This document shows positions 31,217-44,259 of a DNA stretch of 64,000 bases, piece by piece. The DNA comes from Escherichia coli (GTDB lineage: Bacteria > Pseudomonadota > Gammaproteobacteria > Enterobacterales > Enterobacteriaceae). The notes below the pieces were generated by a model that was not told where the DNA came from, did no database searches, and saw only the letters and a program-made list of their open reading frames with translations. Position numbers and translations under genes: made by a program. How positions within the stretch are numbered: the first letter of the stretch is position 1; each line of letters starts with the position of its first letter. The DNA lies in assembly GCF_016026235.1 (NCBI RefSeq), contig NZ_CP065613.1; one strand, given 5' to 3'.

Positions 31217-34105
31217 ATGCCCCGCAGCACCTGGTTCAAAGCATTATTGTTGTTAGTTGCCCTTTGGGCACCCTTAAGTCAGGCAGAAACGGGATGGCAG
31301 CCGATTCAGGAAACCATCCGTAAAAGTGATAAAGATAACCGCCAGTATCAGGCTATACGTCTGGATAACGGTATGGTGGTCTTGCTGGTTTCTGATCCGC
31401 AGGCAGTTAAATCGCTATCGGCGCTGGTGGTGCCCGTTGGGTCGCTGGAAGATCCCGAGGCGTACCAGGGGCTGGCACATTACCTTGAACATATGAGTCT
31501 GATGGGGTCGAAAAAGTACCCGCAGGCTGACAGTCTGGCCGAATATCTCAAAATGCACGGCGGTAGTCACAATGCCAGCACTGCGCCGTATCGCACGGCT
31601 TTCTATCTGGAAGTTGAGAACGACGCCTTGCCCGGTGCGGTAGACCGCCTGGCCGATGCTATTGCAGAACCCTTGCTCGACAAGAAATACGCCGAACGTG
31701 AGCGTAATGCAGTGAACGCTGAATTAACCATGGCGCGTACGCGTGACGGGATGCGCATGGCACAGGTCAGCGCAGAAACCATTAACCCGGCACACCCCGG
31801 TTCAAAGTTTTCTGGTGGTAACCTCGAAACTTTAAGCGACAAACCTGGTAATCCGGTGCAGCAGGCGCTGAAAGATTTCCACGAGAAGTACTATTCCGCC
31901 AATTTGATGAAGGCGGTTATTTACAGTAATAAACCGCTGCCGGAGTTGGCAAAAATGGCGGCGGACACCTTTGGTCGCGTGCCGAACAAAGAGAGCAAAA
32001 AACCGGAAATCACCGTGCCGGTAGTCACCGACGCGCAAAAGGGCATTATCATTCATTACGTCCCAGCGCTGCCGCGTAAAGTTCTGCGCGTTGAGTTTCG
32101 CATCGATAACAACTCAGCGAAGTTCCGCAGTAAAACGGATGAATTGATTACCTATCTGATTGGTAATCGCAGCCCAGGTACACTTTCTGACTGGCTGCAA
32201 AAGCAGGGATTAGTTGAGGGCATTAGCGCCAACTCCGATCCTATCGTCAACGGCAACAGCGGTGTATTAGCGATCTCTGCGTCTTTAACCGATAAAGGTC
32301 TGGCGAATCGCGATCAGGTTGTGGCGGCCATTTTTAGCTACCTCAATCTGTTACGTGAAAAAGGGATCGATAAACAATACTTCGATGAACTGGCGAATGT
32401 GCTGGATATCGACTTCCGTTATCCGTCAATCACCCGTGATATGGATTACGTCGAATGGCTGGCAGATACCATGATTCGCGTTCCTGTTGAGCATACGCTG
32501 GATGCAGTCAATATTGCCGATCGGTACGATGCTAAAGCAGTAAAAGAACGTCTTGCGATGATGACGCCGCAGAATGCGCGTATTTGGTATATCAGCCCGA
32601 AAGAGCCGCACAACAAAACGGCTTACTTTGTCGATGCGCCGTATCAGGTCGATAAAATCAGCGAACAAACTTTCGCTGACTGGCAGCAAAAAGCTGCCAA
32701 TATTGCGCTCTCCTTACCGGAGCTTAACCCCTATATTCCTGACGATTTCTCGCTGATTAAGTCAGAGAAGAAATATGACCATCCAGAGCTGATTGTTGAT
32801 GAGTCGAATCTGCGCGTGGTGTATGCGCCAAGCCGTTATTTTTCCAGCGAACCCAAAGCTGATGTCAGCCTGATTTTGCGTAATCCGAAAGCCATGGACA
32901 GCGCCCGCAATCAGGTGATGTTTGCGCTCAATGATTATCTCGCAGGGCTGGCGCTTGATCAGTTAAGCAACCAGGCGTCGGTTGGTGGCATAAGTTTTTC
33001 CACCAACGCTAACAACGGCCTTATGGTTAATGCCAATGGTTACACCCAGCGCCTGCCGCAGCTGTTCCAGGCATTGCTCGAGGGGTACTTTAGCTATACC
33101 GCTACGGAAGATCAGCTTGAGCAGGCGAAGTCCTGGTATAACCAGATGATGGATTCCGCAGAAAAGGGCAAAGCGTTCGAGCAGGCGATTATGCCCGCGC
33201 AGATGCTCTCCCTGGTACCTTACTTCTCGCGAGATGAACGGCGCAAAATTTTGCCCTCCATTACGTTGAAAGAGGTGCTGGCCTATCGCGACGCCTTAAA
33301 ATCAGGGGCTCGACCAGAGTTTATGGTTATCGGCAACATGACCGAGGACCAGGCAACAACGCTGGCACGCGATGTGCAAAAACAGTTGGGCGCTGATGGT
33401 TCAGAGTGGTGTCGAAACAAAGATGTAGTGGTCGATAAAAAACAATCCGTCATCTTTGAAAAAGCCGGTAACAGCACCGACTCCGCACTGGCAGCGGTAT
33501 TTGTACCGACTGGCTACGATGAATACACCAGCTCAGCCTATAGCTCTCTGTTGGGGCAGATCGTACAGCCGTGGTTCTACAATCAGTTGCGTACCGAAGA
33601 ACAATTGGGCTATGCCGTATTTGCGTTTCCAATGAGCGTGGGGCGTCAGTGGGGCATGGGCTTCCTTTTGCAAAGCAATGATAAACAGCCTTCATTCTTG
33701 TGGGAGCGTTACAAGGCGTTTTTCCCAACCGCAGAGGCAAAATTGCGAGCGATGAAGCCAGATGAGTTTGCGCAAATCCAGCAGGCGGTAATTACCCAGA
33801 TGCTGCAGGCACCGCAAACGCTCGGCGAAGAAGCATCGAAGTTAAGTAAAGATTTCGATCGCGGCAATATGCGCTTCGATTCGCGTGATAAAATCGTGGC
33901 CCAGATAAAACTGCTGACGCCGCAAAAACTTGCTGATTTCTTCCATCAGGCGGTGGTCGAGCCGCAAGGCATGGCTATTCTGTCGCAGATTTCCGGCAGC
34001 CAGAACGGGAAAGCCGAATATGTGCATCCTGAAGGCTGGAAAGTGTGGGAGAACGTCAGCGCGTTGCAGCAAACAATGCCCCTGATGAGTGAAAAGAATG
34101 AGTGA
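31217..34105 (+). CDS. ptrA: Periplasmic protease III (pitrilysin, M16 family)
   Basis: 962-aa ORF with signal peptide and inverted zinc-binding motif HYLEH. Confidence 0.95.
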   Translation: MPRSTWFKALLLLVALWAPLSQAETGWQPIQETIRKSDKDNRQYQAIRLDNGMVVLLVSDPQAVKSLSALVVPVGSLEDPEAYQGLAHYLEHMSLMGSKKYPQADSLAEYLKMHGGSHNASTAPYRTAFYLEVENDALPGAVDRLADAIAEPLLDKKYAERERNAVNAELTMARTRDGMRMAQVSAETINPAHPGSKFSGGNLETLSDKPGNPVQQALKDFHEKYYSANLMKAVIYSNKPLPELAKMAADTFGRVPNKESKKPEITVPVVTDAQKGIIIHYVPALPRKVLRVEFRIDNNSAKFRSKTDELITYLIGNRSPGTLSDWLQKQGLVEGISANSDPIVNGNSGVLAISASLTDKGLANRDQVVAAIFSYLNLLREKGIDKQYFDELANVLDIDFRYPSITRDMDYVEWLADTMIRVPVEHTLDAVNIADRYDAKAVKERLAMMTPQNARIWYISPKEPHNKTAYFVDAPYQVDKISEQTFADWQQKAANIALSLPELNPYIPDDFSLIKSEKKYDHPELIVDESNLRVVYAPSRYFSSEPKADVSLILRNPKAMDSARNQVMFALNDYLAGLALDQLSNQASVGGISFSTNANNGLMVNANGYTQRLPQLFQALLEGYFSYTATEDQLEQAKSWYNQMMDSAEKGKAFEQAIMPAQMLSLVPYFSRDERRKILPSITLKEVLAYRDALKSGARPEFMVIGNMTEDQATTLARDVQKQLGADGSEWCRNKDVVVDKKQSVIFEKAGNSTDSALAAVFVPTGYDEYTSSAYSSLLGQIVQPWFYNQLRTEEQLGYAVFAFPMSVGRQWGMGFLLQSNDKQPSFLWERYKAFFPTAEAKLRAMKPDEFAQIQQAVITQMLQAPQTLGEEASKLSKDFDRGNMRFDSRDKIVAQIKLLTPQKLADFFHQAVVEPQGMAILSQISGSQNGKAEYVHPEGWKVWENVSALQQTMPLMSEKNE

Positions 34106-37100
34106 TGTCGCCGAGACACTAGATCCTTTGCGCTTGCCCTTACAGGGCGAGCGCCTGATTGAAGCCTCTGCCGGCACAGGCAAAACCTTTACGATTGCGG
34201 CGCTCTATTTGCGCCTGTTACTTGGACTAGGCGGTTCCGCCGCCTTTCCCCGCCCGCTGACCGTTGAAGAACTGCTGGTGGTCACCTTTACCGAGGCTGC
34301 CACGGCAGAATTGCGCGGTCGTATCCGTAGCAATATCCACGAGTTGCGCATCGCCTGTCTGCGTGAAACCACCGACAATCCACTGTACGAACGCCTGCTG
34401 GAAGAGATCGACGATAAAGCGCAAGCCGCGCAGTGGTTGTTGTTAGCCGAACGGCAGATGGATGAAGCGGCAGTCTTTACTATTCACGGCTTTTGCCAGC
34501 GCATGCTCAACCTGAATGCCTTTGAATCCGGCATGCTGTTTGAGCAGCAGCTGATTGAAGATGAGTCTCTGCTACGTTACCAGGCCTGCGCCGATTTCTG
34601 GCGTCGCCACTGCTACCCGCTGCCGCGTGAAATAGCCCAGGTCGTCTTTGAAACCTGGAAAGGGCCGCAGGCGTTGCTGCGCGATATTAATCGTTATCTG
34701 CAAGGCGAAGCGCCGGTTATCAAAGCACCGCCGCCCGATGATGAAACGCTGGCTTCCCGCCACGCGCAAATTGTGGCGCGTATTGCTACGGTAAAACAGC
34801 AGTGGCGCGACGCAGTGGGTGAACTGGATGCGCTGATCGAATCTTCTGGTATTGACCGACGCAAGTTTAACCGTAGCAATCAGGCTAAATGGATCGACAA
34901 GATCAGCGCCTGGGCAGAAGAAGAGACCAACAGTTATCAGTTGCCGGAGTCGCTGGAAAAATTCTCCCAGCGTTTCTTAGAAGATCGCACGAAGGCCGGG
35001 GGGGAAACCCCGCGACATCCACTGTTTGAGGCGATCGATCAACTGCTTGCAGAACCATTGTCGATCCGCGATCTGGTGATCACCCGCGCATTGGCTGAGA
35101 TCCGCGAAACAGTAGCGCGTGAAAAACGCCGCCGTGGCGAATTGGGTTTTGATGACATGTTAAGTCGGCTCGATTCCGCGCTGTGTAGCGAAAGCGGTGA
35201 GGTGTTGGCAGCGGCGATCCGTACGCGATTCCCGGTGGCAATGATCGATGAATTTCAGGATACCGACCCCCAGCAGTACCGAATTTTTCGCCGTATCTGG
35301 CACCATCAGCCGGAAACCGCATTGTTGCTAATTGGCGACCCGAAGCAGGCCATATATGCATTCCGGGGTGCGGATATCTTCACTTATATGAAGGCGCGTA
35401 GCGAAGTTCACGCCCACTACACTTTAGACACCAACTGGCGTTCCGCACCAGGAATGGTGAACAGCGTGAACAAGCTTTTCAGCCAGACTGATGACGCGTT
35501 CATGTTTCGCGAAATACCGTTTATTCCAGTGAAATCAGCCGGGAAAAATCAGGCGTTACGTTTTGTATTTAAAGGTGAAACGCAGCCTGCGATGAAAATG
35601 TGGCTGATGGAAGGCGAAAGCTGCGGCGTTGGCGATTATCAAAGTACCATGGCGCAGGTATGTGCTGCGCAAATCCGCGACTGGCTACAAGCCGGACAGC
35701 GAGGCGAAGCGTTGCTGATGAACGGCGACGACGCGCGTCCGGTGCGTGCTTCGGACATCAGCGTGCTGGTGCGCAGCCGCCAGGAGGCCGCCCAGGTGCG
35801 CGATGCCTTAACGTTGCTGGAAATCCCTTCCGTTTACCTTTCGAACCGCGACAGTGTTTTTGAAACTCTGGAAGCGCAGGAAATGCTTTGGTTGTTGCAG
35901 GCGGTGATGACGCCCGAACGTGAGAACACCCTGCGTAGTGTGCTGGCAACGTCAATGATGGGGCTGAACGCGCTGGATATCGAAACGCTGAATAATGACG
36001 AACATGCGTGGGACGCGGTGGTCGAAGAGTTCGATGGTTATCGGCAAATTTGGCGCAAACGTGGCGTTATGCCGATGCTGCGGGCGCTGATGTCGGCGCG
36101 TAACATTGCAGAAAACTTGCTGGCAACGGCAGGCGGTGAGCGGCGTCTTACCGATATCTTGCATATCAGCGAACTGCTACAAGAAGCCGGAACGCAGCTG
36201 GAAAGTGAACATGCCCTGGTACGCTGGTTATCGCAACATATCCTCGAGCCAGACAGTAATGCCTCCAGCCAACAAATGCGCCTCGAAAGTGATAAACATC
36301 TGGTGCAGATTGTCACGATCCATAAATCGAAAGGGCTGGAATATCCGCTTGTCTGGTTGCCATTTATTACCAATTTCCGCGTCCAGGATCAGGCGTTTTA
36401 TCACGATCGCCACTCGTTTGAGGCTGTTCTGGATCTTAACGCTGCGCCAGAAAGTGTCGATCTCGCGGAGGCCGAACGTCTGGCGGAAGATCTGCGTTTG
36501 CTTTACGTGGCGCTGACGCGTTCGGTTTGGCATTGCAGTCTCGGCGTTGCACCGCTGGTGCGCCGTCGTGGCGATAAAAAAGGTGACACCGACGTCCACC
36601 AAAGTGCGCTCGGGCGTTTGCTGCAAAAAGGGGAACCGCAAGATGCGGCAGGGCTTCGCACCTGTATTGAAGCGTTATGCGATGATGATATTGCCTGGCA
36701 AACGGCACAAACTGGTGATAACCAGCCCTGGCAGGTTAATGATGTTTTAACTGCAGAACTGAATGCGAGGACGCTACAACGATTGCCCGGCGATAACTGG
36801 CGTGTCACCAGCTACTCCGGTTTGCAGCAGCGTGGTCACGGTATCGCTCAGGATCTGATGCCACGGCTGGATGTTGATGCCGCAGGCGTGGTCAGCGTCG
36901 TTGAAGAACCGACGTTAACACCGCATCAATTCCCGCGCGGTGCGTCACCGGGGACATTCTTGCACAGTTTGTTTGAAGACCTCGATTTTACCCAGCCGGT
37001 TGACCCGAACTGGGTGCGGGAAAAACTGGAACTCGGCGGCTTTGAATCGCAGTGGGAACCGGTATTGACCGAGTGGATCACGTCTGTCCTCCAGGCACCT

Positions 37101-37640
37101 CTCAATGAAACCGGCGTAAGCCTGAGTCAACTTTCCGCCCGCAATAAACAGGTGGAGATGGAGTTTTATCTGCCGATTAGTGAACCGCTTATCGCCAGTC
37201 AGCTTGATACGTTAATCCGCCAGTTTGACCCGCTATCCGCTGGCTGCCCGCCGCTGGAGTTCATGCAGGTACGCGGCATGTTAAAAGGCTTTATCGACCT
37301 TGTGTTCCGCCACGAAGGGCGTTATTACCTGCTCGACTATAAATCCAACTGGTTGGGTGAAGACAGTTCGGCTTACACCCAACAGGCTATGGCAGCGGCG
37401 ATGCAGGCACACCGCTATGATCTGCAATATCAGCTTTATACCCTGGCGCTGCACCGTTATCTGCGCCATCGCATTGCTGATTACGACTATGAGCGCCACT
37501 TTGGCGGCGTTATTTATCTATTCCTGCGTGGTGTTGATAAAGAACATCCGCAACAAGGGATTTACACAACCCGCCCCAACGCCGAGTTGATTGACCTGAT
37601 GGATGAGATGTTTGCCGGTATGATCCTGGAGGAGGCGTAA
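34098..37640 (+). CDS. recB: Exodeoxyribonuclease V beta subunit RecB (helicase-nuclease)
   Basis: 1180-aa protein from the ATG at 34098 ([13 protein letters not shown]...), Walker A GTGKT; overlaps the ptrA stop by 8 bp. Confidence 0.95.
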   Translation: MSDVAETLDPLRLPLQGERLIEASAGTGKTFTIAALYLRLLLGLGGSAAFPRPLTVEELLVVTFTEAATAELRGRIRSNIHELRIACLRETTDNPLYERLLEEIDDKAQAAQWLLLAERQMDEAAVFTIHGFCQRMLNLNAFESGMLFEQQLIEDESLLRYQACADFWRRHCYPLPREIAQVVFETWKGPQALLRDINRYLQGEAPVIKAPPPDDETLASRHAQIVARIATVKQQWRDAVGELDALIESSGIDRRKFNRSNQAKWIDKISAWAEEETNSYQLPESLEKFSQRFLEDRTKAGGETPRHPLFEAIDQLLAEPLSIRDLVITRALAEIRETVAREKRRRGELGFDDMLSRLDSALCSESGEVLAAAIRTRFPVAMIDEFQDTDPQQYRIFRRIWHHQPETALLLIGDPKQAIYAFRGADIFTYMKARSEVHAHYTLDTNWRSAPGMVNSVNKLFSQTDDAFMFREIPFIPVKSAGKNQALRFVFKGETQPAMKMWLMEGESCGVGDYQSTMAQVCAAQIRDWLQAGQRGEALLMNGDDARPVRASDISVLVRSRQEAAQVRDALTLLEIPSVYLSNRDSVFETLEAQEMLWLLQAVMTPERENTLRSVLATSMMGLNALDIETLNNDEHAWDAVVEEFDGYRQIWRKRGVMPMLRALMSARNIAENLLATAGGERRLTDILHISELLQEAGTQLESEHALVRWLSQHILEPDSNASSQQMRLESDKHLVQIVTIHKSKGLEYPLVWLPFITNFRVQDQAFYHDRHSFEAVLDLNAAPESVDLAEAERLAEDLRLLYVALTRSVWHCSLGVAPLVRRRGDKKGDTDVHQSALGRLLQKGEPQDAAGLRTCIEALCDDDIAWQTAQTGDNQPWQVNDVLTAELNARTLQRLPGDNWRVTSYSGLQQRGHGIAQDLMPRLDVDAAGVVSVVEEPTLTPHQFPRGASPGTFLHSLFEDLDFTQPVDPNWVREKLELGGFESQWEPVLTEWITSVLQAPLNETGVSLSQLSARNKQVEMEFYLPISEPLIASQLDTLIRQFDPLSAGCPPLEFMQVRGMLKGFIDLVFRHEGRYYLLDYKSNWLGEDSSAYTQQAMAAAMQAHRYDLQYQLYTLALHRYLRHRIADYDYERHFGGVIYLFLRGVDKEHPQQGIYTTRPNAELIDLMDEMFAGMILEEA

Positions 37641-39466
37641 TGAAATTGCAAAAGCAATTACTGGAAGCTGTGGAGCACAAACAGCTACGCCCGCTGGATG
37701 TGCAATTTGCCCTGACCGTGGCGGGAGATGAACATCCTGCCGTCACCATCGCGGCGGCACTGTTAAGTCATGATGCCGGAGAGGGACACGTTTGTTTGCC
37801 GCTTTCACGACTGGAAAATAACGAGGCGTCGCATCCGCTGTTGGCGACCTGTGTCAGTGAAATCGGTGAGCTACAAAATTGGGAAGAATGCTTGTTGGCT
37901 TCTCAAGCGGTCAGCAGGGGAGATGAACCCACGCCGATGATCCTCTGTGGCGATCGTCTTTATTTGAATCGCATGTGGTGTAACGAGCGGACGGTAGCGC
38001 GCTTCTTCAATGAGGTGAATCATGCCATCGAGGTTGATGAAGCTCTATTGGCGCAAACCCTGGACAAACTTTTTCCAGTAAGCGATGAAATTAACTGGCA
38101 AAAAGTTGCAGCGGCAGTGGCGCTGACGCGGCGGATCTCGGTGATTTCCGGCGGCCCTGGCACCGGTAAAACGACCACCGTAGCGAAGTTGCTGGCAGCG
38201 TTAATTCAAATGGCCGACGGCGAACGCTGCCGTATCCGTCTGGCTGCACCAACGGGTAAAGCTGCCGCGCGCTTAACCGAATCTCTCGGCAAGGCTTTGC
38301 GACAGTTACCGCTGACCGATGAACAAAAGAAACGCATTCCGGAAGATGCCAGCACTTTGCACCGATTGCTGGGCGCGCAGCCGGGTAGCCAGCGTTTACG
38401 TCATCATGCCGGTAACCCGCTGCATCTTGATGTGCTGGTGGTAGATGAAGCGTCAATGATCGATCTGCCTATGATGTCGAGACTGATCGACGCCTTGCCA
38501 GATCATGCGCGAGTGATCTTTCTCGGCGATCGTGATCAACTGGCCTCGGTTGAGGCTGGGGCTGTGCTGGGCGATATCTGCGCTTATGCCAACGCGGGCT
38601 TTACCGCCGAGCGTGCCAGGCAGCTAAGCCGCCTGACGGGGACTCACGTTCCGGCAGGAACTGGCACAGAAGCGGCATCTTTGCGCGACAGTCTCTGCCT
38701 GCTGCAAAAAAGCTATCGTTTCGGCAGCGATTCTGGCATTGGTCAGTTAGCTGCGGCGATCAACCGTGGTGATAAAACGGCAGTGAAAACCGTTTTTCAG
38801 CAGGATTTTACTGATATCGAAAAACGACTTTTACAGAGCGGCGAAGATTATATTGCGATGCTTGAGGAAGCTCTTGCGGGTTACGGACGTTATCTGGATC
38901 TGCTGCAAGCGCGTGCCGAGCCGGATTTAATCATTCAGGCGTTCAATGAGTACCAGCTTTTGTGCGCCCTGCGGGAAGGGCCGTTTGGCGTGGCTGGACT
39001 GAATGAGCGAATTGAGCAGTTTATGCAACAGAAGCGCAAAATTCATCGTCATCCGCACTCTCGTTGGTACGAAGGTCGACCAGTGATGATTGCCCGTAAT
39101 GACAGCGCGCTTGGGTTGTTTAATGGCGATATCGGTATTGCGCTGGATCGCGGGCAGGGGACGCGCGTCTGGTTTGCGATGCCGGACGGCAATATTAAGT
39201 CTGTGCAACCGAGTCGCTTGCCAGAGCACGAAACTACGTGGGCGATGACGGTACATAAATCGCAGGGATCGGAGTTCGACCATGCGGCGTTGATTTTACC
39301 GAGCCAACGCACGCCGGTAGTAACGCGAGAGCTGGTATACACCGCGGTGACCCGCGCGCGTCGCCGTCTGTCGCTGTATGCCGATGAGCGTATATTAAGT
39401 GCGGCAATCGCCACTCGTACTGAGCGGCGCAGTGGTCTGGCGGCGTTGTTTAGTTCGCGGGAATAA
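37640..39466 (+). CDS. recD: Exodeoxyribonuclease V alpha subunit RecD
   Basis: 608-aa ORF with Walker [10 protein letters not shown]; start overlaps the recB stop. Confidence 0.95.
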   Translation: MKLQKQLLEAVEHKQLRPLDVQFALTVAGDEHPAVTIAAALLSHDAGEGHVCLPLSRLENNEASHPLLATCVSEIGELQNWEECLLASQAVSRGDEPTPMILCGDRLYLNRMWCNERTVARFFNEVNHAIEVDEALLAQTLDKLFPVSDEINWQKVAAAVALTRRISVISGGPGTGKTTTVAKLLAALIQMADGERCRIRLAAPTGKAAARLTESLGKALRQLPLTDEQKKRIPEDASTLHRLLGAQPGSQRLRHHAGNPLHLDVLVVDEASMIDLPMMSRLIDALPDHARVIFLGDRDQLASVEAGAVLGDICAYANAGFTAERARQLSRLTGTHVPAGTGTEAASLRDSLCLLQKSYRFGSDSGIGQLAAAINRGDKTAVKTVFQQDFTDIEKRLLQSGEDYIAMLEEALAGYGRYLDLLQARAEPDLIIQAFNEYQLLCALREGPFGVAGLNERIEQFMQQKRKIHRHPHSRWYEGRPVMIARNDSALGLFNGDIGIALDRGQGTRVWFAMPDGNIKSVQPSRLPEHETTWAMTVHKSQGSEFDHAALILPSQRTPVVTRELVYTAVTRARRRLSLYADERILSAAIATRTERRSGLAALFSSRE

Positions 39467-39474
39467 ACGTAATT

Positions 39475-39515
39475 GCCGGATGCGACGCACGAGTGTTACG
39501 CCTGCCGCATCCGGC
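39475..39515. repeat. REP-like palindromic element between convergent recD and argA
   Basis: GCCGGATGCGACGCAC...GCCGCATCCGGC inverted repeat. Confidence 0.55.
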
Positions 39516-39527
39516 GATTTTCATCGC

Positions 39528-40859
39528 TTACCCTAAATCCGCCATCAACACTTTGGATTTACGCTGGTAGTTGTACAACTGCTTTTTGCTCTCGGGCAGT
39601 AAATCAATATCCACCGGGGTAAATCCACGTTCCTGGAACCAGTGAATACTGCGCGTGGTCAGCACAAACAATTTGCTTAAGCCGCTCTGCTTCGCCTGAG
39701 CGGCAATGCGTTCCAGCAGAACCTCGCCCCGTGATGAACTGCGGTAATCCGGGTGAACAGCCACACAGGCCATTTCCCCAATCTTCTCTTCCGGGAACGG
39801 ATAGAGCGCGGCGCAGGCAATAGTCGTGTTATCGCGCTGAATAATAGTGAATTTATCGATTTCCATCTCCAGCTGCTCGCGAGAACGGCGTACCAGAATA
39901 CCTTGCTGCTCCAGTGGGCGAATCAACTCCAGAATACCGCCAATATCGTTGATTGTTGCGCGACGAATCTGCTCGGCGCTTTCCATCACAATCTGCGTAC
40001 CGATACCGTCGCGTGAGAACAACTCTTGCAACAGCGCGCCATCTTCCTGATAACTGATTAAATGACAGCGACGCACGCCGCTGCGGCAGGCTTTCACTGC
40101 GCCACGCAAAAAGCGCACCGTACCGGAGTTGTAATCGCCTTTCTCTTCCTGGGCTTCTACCCGCGATTGCGCTTCGTTAGGGAAAAGTTCGGAGACAATA
40201 TCACCGTCGTCATTAGTGACGCCCTGGGAAGAGCAAAAACCAATCATCTTTTCAGCTTTCAGTTTGATGGCCAGTTGAGTAGCAATCTCTTCCGAGGTCA
40301 GATTAAAGCTCTCGCCAGTGACTGAAACAGCGACCGGCCCCATTAGCACTATTGCACTGCTGTCCAGTTGACGATGGATCGCGTCTTCATCAATCCGCCG
40401 GATACGCCCGCTATGGCAGTAATCCACGCCGTCATCGACGCCCAGCGGCTGGGCAATAATAAAATTGCCACTGACGACGTTGATATGCGCGCCCTGTAGC
40501 GGCGTGTTATTGAGACTCATCGACAGGCGAGCAGTAATATCCAGTTGCAATGTTCCCGCAGCCTGCTTCACCAGTTCCAGTGTTTTGGCGTCGGTCACAC
40601 GTATATTCTTGTGATACAGCGGTTCGTGGTGATGCGCAGCCAGATTTGCGTCGATCTGCGGACGTGCGCCATAGACCACCACCAGACGGATGCCGAGGCT
40701 GTGCAACAACCCGATATCATTAACGATACTGGAGAAATTCTCATGCTCAATGGCTTCACCGCCGAGCATGATGACAAACGTTTTTCCCCGGTGGGTATTG
40801 ATATAGGGAACCGAATGGCGGAATCCCTCGACCAGCTCGGTTTTACGTTCCTTTACCAC
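39528..40859 (-). CDS. argA: Amino-acid N-acetyltransferase (N-acetylglutamate synthase)
   Basis: 443-aa protein from the GTG at 40859 ([34 protein letters not shown]...); the longer ATG-initiated ORF to 40925 is rejected. Confidence 0.9.
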   Translation of the reverse strand: MVKERKTELVEGFRHSVPYINTHRGKTFVIMLGGEAIEHENFSSIVNDIGLLHSLGIRLVVVYGARPQIDANLAAHHHEPLYHKNIRVTDAKTLELVKQAAGTLQLDITARLSMSLNNTPLQGAHINVVSGNFIIAQPLGVDDGVDYCHSGRIRRIDEDAIHRQLDSSAIVLMGPVAVSVTGESFNLTSEEIATQLAIKLKAEKMIGFCSSQGVTNDDGDIVSELFPNEAQSRVEAQEEKGDYNSGTVRFLRGAVKACRSGVRRCHLISYQEDGALLQELFSRDGIGTQIVMESAEQIRRATINDIGGILELIRPLEQQGILVRRSREQLEMEIDKFTIIQRDNTTIACAALYPFPEEKIGEMACVAVHPDYRSSSRGEVLLERIAAQAKQSGLSKLFVLTTRSIHWFQERGFTPVDIDLLPESKKQLYNYQRKSKVLMADLG

Positions 40860-41090
40860 GGCACACCTCTTTGCATGATTATTCGAAATTATTGTATTTT
40901 TATTCTGTTTTTTCGCAGGGTGCAAGTGTAAATTTTATGCGAGAGCGACTTTTTTATCAGTAATGCCGTGAATATAAAAAGAATGTTTACCGTTTATTAG
41001 ATGACAGATTATGCGTCTTTCGCTAAAGTTTCCGATCAAATTAGTCGTTTACTTGTTACACAGCTTAGATTTCTTTTGCTCGGGAGAGGC

Positions 41091-42344
41091 ATGTCAGGAT
41101 CCAACACTGCAATCAGCCGTCGTCGTTTACTGCAAGGCGCGGGTGCCATGTGGCTATTGAGCGTAAGTCAGGTCAGTCTGGCTGCGGTCAGCCAGGTCGT
41201 GGCGGTGCGCGTCTGGCCTGCGTCCAGCTACACCCGCGTGACGGTAGAATCAAATCGTCAGCTGAAATATAAGCAGTTCGCGTTGAGTAACCCGGAACGC
41301 GTGGTGGTGGATATCGAAGATGTAAACCTGAACTCGGTACTCAAGGGGATGGCGGCACAAATTCGTGCAGACGACCCGTTCATCAAGTCGGCGCGCGTCG
41401 GGCAATTTGACCCGCAAACCGTACGGATGGTTTTTGAATTAAAGCAAAACGTAAAACCGCAGCTGTTTGCCCTTGCGCCGGTCGCCGGGTTTAAAGAGCG
41501 TCTGGTGATGGACCTCTATCCGGCCAATGCACAGGATATGCAGGACCCGCTGCTGGCGCTGCTGGAGGATTACAACAAAGGCGACCTCGAAAAGCAGGTG
41601 CCACCAGCGCAAAGTGGTCCACAACCAGGTAAAGCAGGGCGCGATCGTCCGATTGTCATTATGCTTGACCCTGGCCACGGTGGCGAAGACTCCGGTGCGG
41701 TGGGGAAATACAAAACGCGCGAAAAAGACGTGGTATTGCAAATAGCTCGCCGTCTGCGCTCTCTGATCGAGAAAGAGGGCAATATGAAGGTGTACATGAC
41801 GCGCAATGAAGACATCTTCATTCCGTTGCAAGTGCGCGTTGCAAAAGCCCAGAAACAGCGTGCTGACCTGTTTGTCTCTATCCATGCCGACGCCTTTACC
41901 AGTCGTCAGCCGAGCGGTTCCTCTGTGTTTGCGCTCTCAACCAAAGGTGCAACCAGTACTGCGGCAAAATATCTGGCACAAACCCAGAACGCCTCGGACT
42001 TGATTGGTGGCGTGAGCAAAAGCGGTGACCGCTATGTCGACCACACCATGTTCGATATGGTGCAGTCGCTGACCATTGCCGACAGCCTGAAGTTTGGTAA
42101 AGCGGTACTGAATAAGCTCGGTAAAATCAACAAGCTGCATAAAAATCAAGTTGAACAGGCCGGGTTTGCCGTACTAAAGGCACCAGATATTCCCTCCATT
42201 CTGGTCGAAACGGCGTTTATCAGTAACGTTGAGGAAGAGCGTAAACTGAAAACGGCGACCTTCCAGCAGGAAGTTGCAGAGTCTATTCTTGCAGGGATTA
42301 AAGCGTATTTTGCCGATGGAGCGACGCTGGCGAGAAGGGGATGA
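41091..42344 (+). CDS. amiC: N-acetylmuramoyl-L-alanine amidase AmiC (Tat signal peptide)
   Basis: 417-aa protein from the ATG at 41091; twin-arginine motif [10 protein letters not shown]; amidase_3 domain. Confidence 0.9.
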
Positions 42345-42417
42345 TAAAAAGGCGCTGAATGGCGCTTTTTTATAGGAGACCAGAAACAAAAAAACACCTG
42401 CTAGGGTGTTCAATAAT

Positions 42418-42494
<77 letters not shown>

Positions 42495-42528
42495 TCACCG
42501 TACTGCTTTTACTTCATCAAATTTTGAT

Positions 42529-42605
<77 letters not shown>

Positions 42606-42648
42606 TCACCGTACTGCTTTACTTCATCAAATTTTAATTGGTTGCGGG

Positions 42649-42725
<77 letters not shown>

Positions 42726-42923
42726 CGCACTATACTCCGCTCGCGTTTTCATGCAACCTTTTTTTTACCCCGATCACGGATCTGGCATGATTTTGAACAA
42801 AAACAAATCACTAAAGCCTATTTTTTGTGCAAAATTTGCGTCAGGGAGAGGCTGCTCATTTCATTAAACGCGGTGGTTTGTTATCTTCGTTGCGCCTTAT
42901 TTTTTAACCTGAAGAAGAGAACA

Positions 42924-44021
42924 ATGAAAGGACGTTGGGTAAAGTACCTTCTTATGGGCACGGTTGTGGCAATGCTTGCCGCCTGCTCTTCCAAACCAAC
43001 CGATCGCGGACAGCAATATAAAGACGGGAAATTTACCCAGCCTTTCTCTCTGGTGAACCAGCCAGATGCCGTTGGCGCGCCGATTAACGCCGGTGATTTT
43101 GCCGAGCAAATTAACCATATCCGTAATTCATCACCGCGTCTGTATGGCAACCAGAGTAATGTTTATAACGCGGTGCAAGAGTGGCTGCGCGCAGGCGGTG
43201 ATACCCGCAATATGCGCCAGTTCGGCATTGATGCCTGGCAGATGGAAGGTGCCGACAATTATGGTAACGTGCAGTTTACAGGCTATTACACGCCGGTAAT
43301 TCAGGCGCGCCATACCCGCCAGGGCGAGTTCCAGTATCCGATTTACCGTATGCCGCCAAAACGTGGTCGTCTGCCGTCTCGTGCGGAGATCTACGCGGGG
43401 GCATTGAGCGATAAATACATCCTCGCTTACAGCAACTCTCTGATGGATAATTTCATTATGGATGTGCAGGGTAGTGGGTATATCGACTTTGGTGATGGCA
43501 GTCCGCTTAACTTTTTCAGCTATGCAGGGAAAAACGGTCATGCCTATCGCAGCATTGGTAAGGTGCTGATCGACCGTGGCGAAGTGAAAAAAGAAGATAT
43601 GTCGATGCAGGCGATTCGTCACTGGGGCGAAACACACAGTGAAGCCGAGGTTCGCGAGCTGCTGGAACAGAACCCGTCTTTCGTTTTCTTTAAACCGCAA
43701 TCTTTTGCACCGGTGAAAGGGGCAAGTGCGGTGCCGCTGGTTGGCCGTGCTTCTGTTGCCTCTGATCGTTCAATTATTCCGCCAGGTACAACCTTGCTGG
43801 CAGAAGTGCCGCTGCTGGATAATAACGGCAAATTTAACGGTCAGTATGAACTGCGTCTGATGGTGGCACTGGATGTCGGTGGCGCAATCAAAGGCCAACA
43901 CTTCGATATCTATCAAGGGATCGGGCCGGAAGCCGGACACCGCGCAGGTTGGTACAACCACTATGGACGTGTCTGGGTGCTGAAAACGGCTCCGGGCGCA
44001 GGTAACGTCTTTAGCGGCTGA
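42924..44021 (+). CDS. mltA: Membrane-bound lytic murein transglycosylase A (lipoprotein)
   Basis: 365-aa protein from the ATG at 42924 (MKGRWVKYLLMGTVVAMLAACSSK, lipobox); the ORF-track extension back to 42642 reads through the tRNA genes and is rejected. Confidence 0.95.
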   Translation: MKGRWVKYLLMGTVVAMLAACSSKPTDRGQQYKDGKFTQPFSLVNQPDAVGAPINAGDFAEQINHIRNSSPRLYGNQSNVYNAVQEWLRAGGDTRNMRQFGIDAWQMEGADNYGNVQFTGYYTPVIQARHTRQGEFQYPIYRMPPKRGRLPSRAEIYAGALSDKYILAYSNSLMDNFIMDVQGSGYIDFGDGSPLNFFSYAGKNGHAYRSIGKVLIDRGEVKKEDMSMQAIRHWGETHSEAEVRELLEQNPSFVFFKPQSFAPVKGASAVPLVGRASVASDRSIIPPGTTLLAEVPLLDNNGKFNGQYELRLMVALDVGGAIKGQHFDIYQGIGPEAGHRAGWYNHYGRVWVLKTAPGAGNVFSG

Positions 44022-44108
44022 TGTGATATTCTGTATGCCGTTTTTACGGATATGACAGGGTGAGGGATAACCTCACATCCTGATTATTGACTAAGTGCGC
44101 GTTGTTCA

Positions 44109-44207
44109 TGCCGGATGCGGCGTGAACGCCTTATCCAGCCTACAAATCATGCAAATCCAAAATATTGCAGGAGTTATGTAGGCCTGATAAGCGTAGCGCA
44201 TCAGGCA
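44109..44207. repeat. BIME-like pair of inverted REP elements
   Basis: GCCGGATGCGGCGTGAACGCCTTATCCAGCCTACA and TGTAGGCCTGATAAGCGTAGCGCATCAGGCA in opposite orientation; the segment is flanked by an 18-bp direct repeat (44057-44074 and 44219-44236). Confidence 0.6.
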
Positions 44208-44259
44208 TTTATGCGTTTAGGGTGAGGGATAACCTCGCCCTTTTTAATTCTGAGGTGCT

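Noticed and set aside
40860-41090. Possible ArgR operator (ARG boxes) in the argA-amiC divergent region
   Set aside because: AT-rich segments such as GTGAATATAAAAAGAAT only loosely resemble the ARG-box consensus; not defensible without a PWM scan.
43131-43700. 189-aa antisense ORF within mltA (and similar antisense ORFs in fucI 53754-54503 and fucO 57149-57685)
   Set aside because: Each is antisense to a well-supported gene, with no start context or domain signature.
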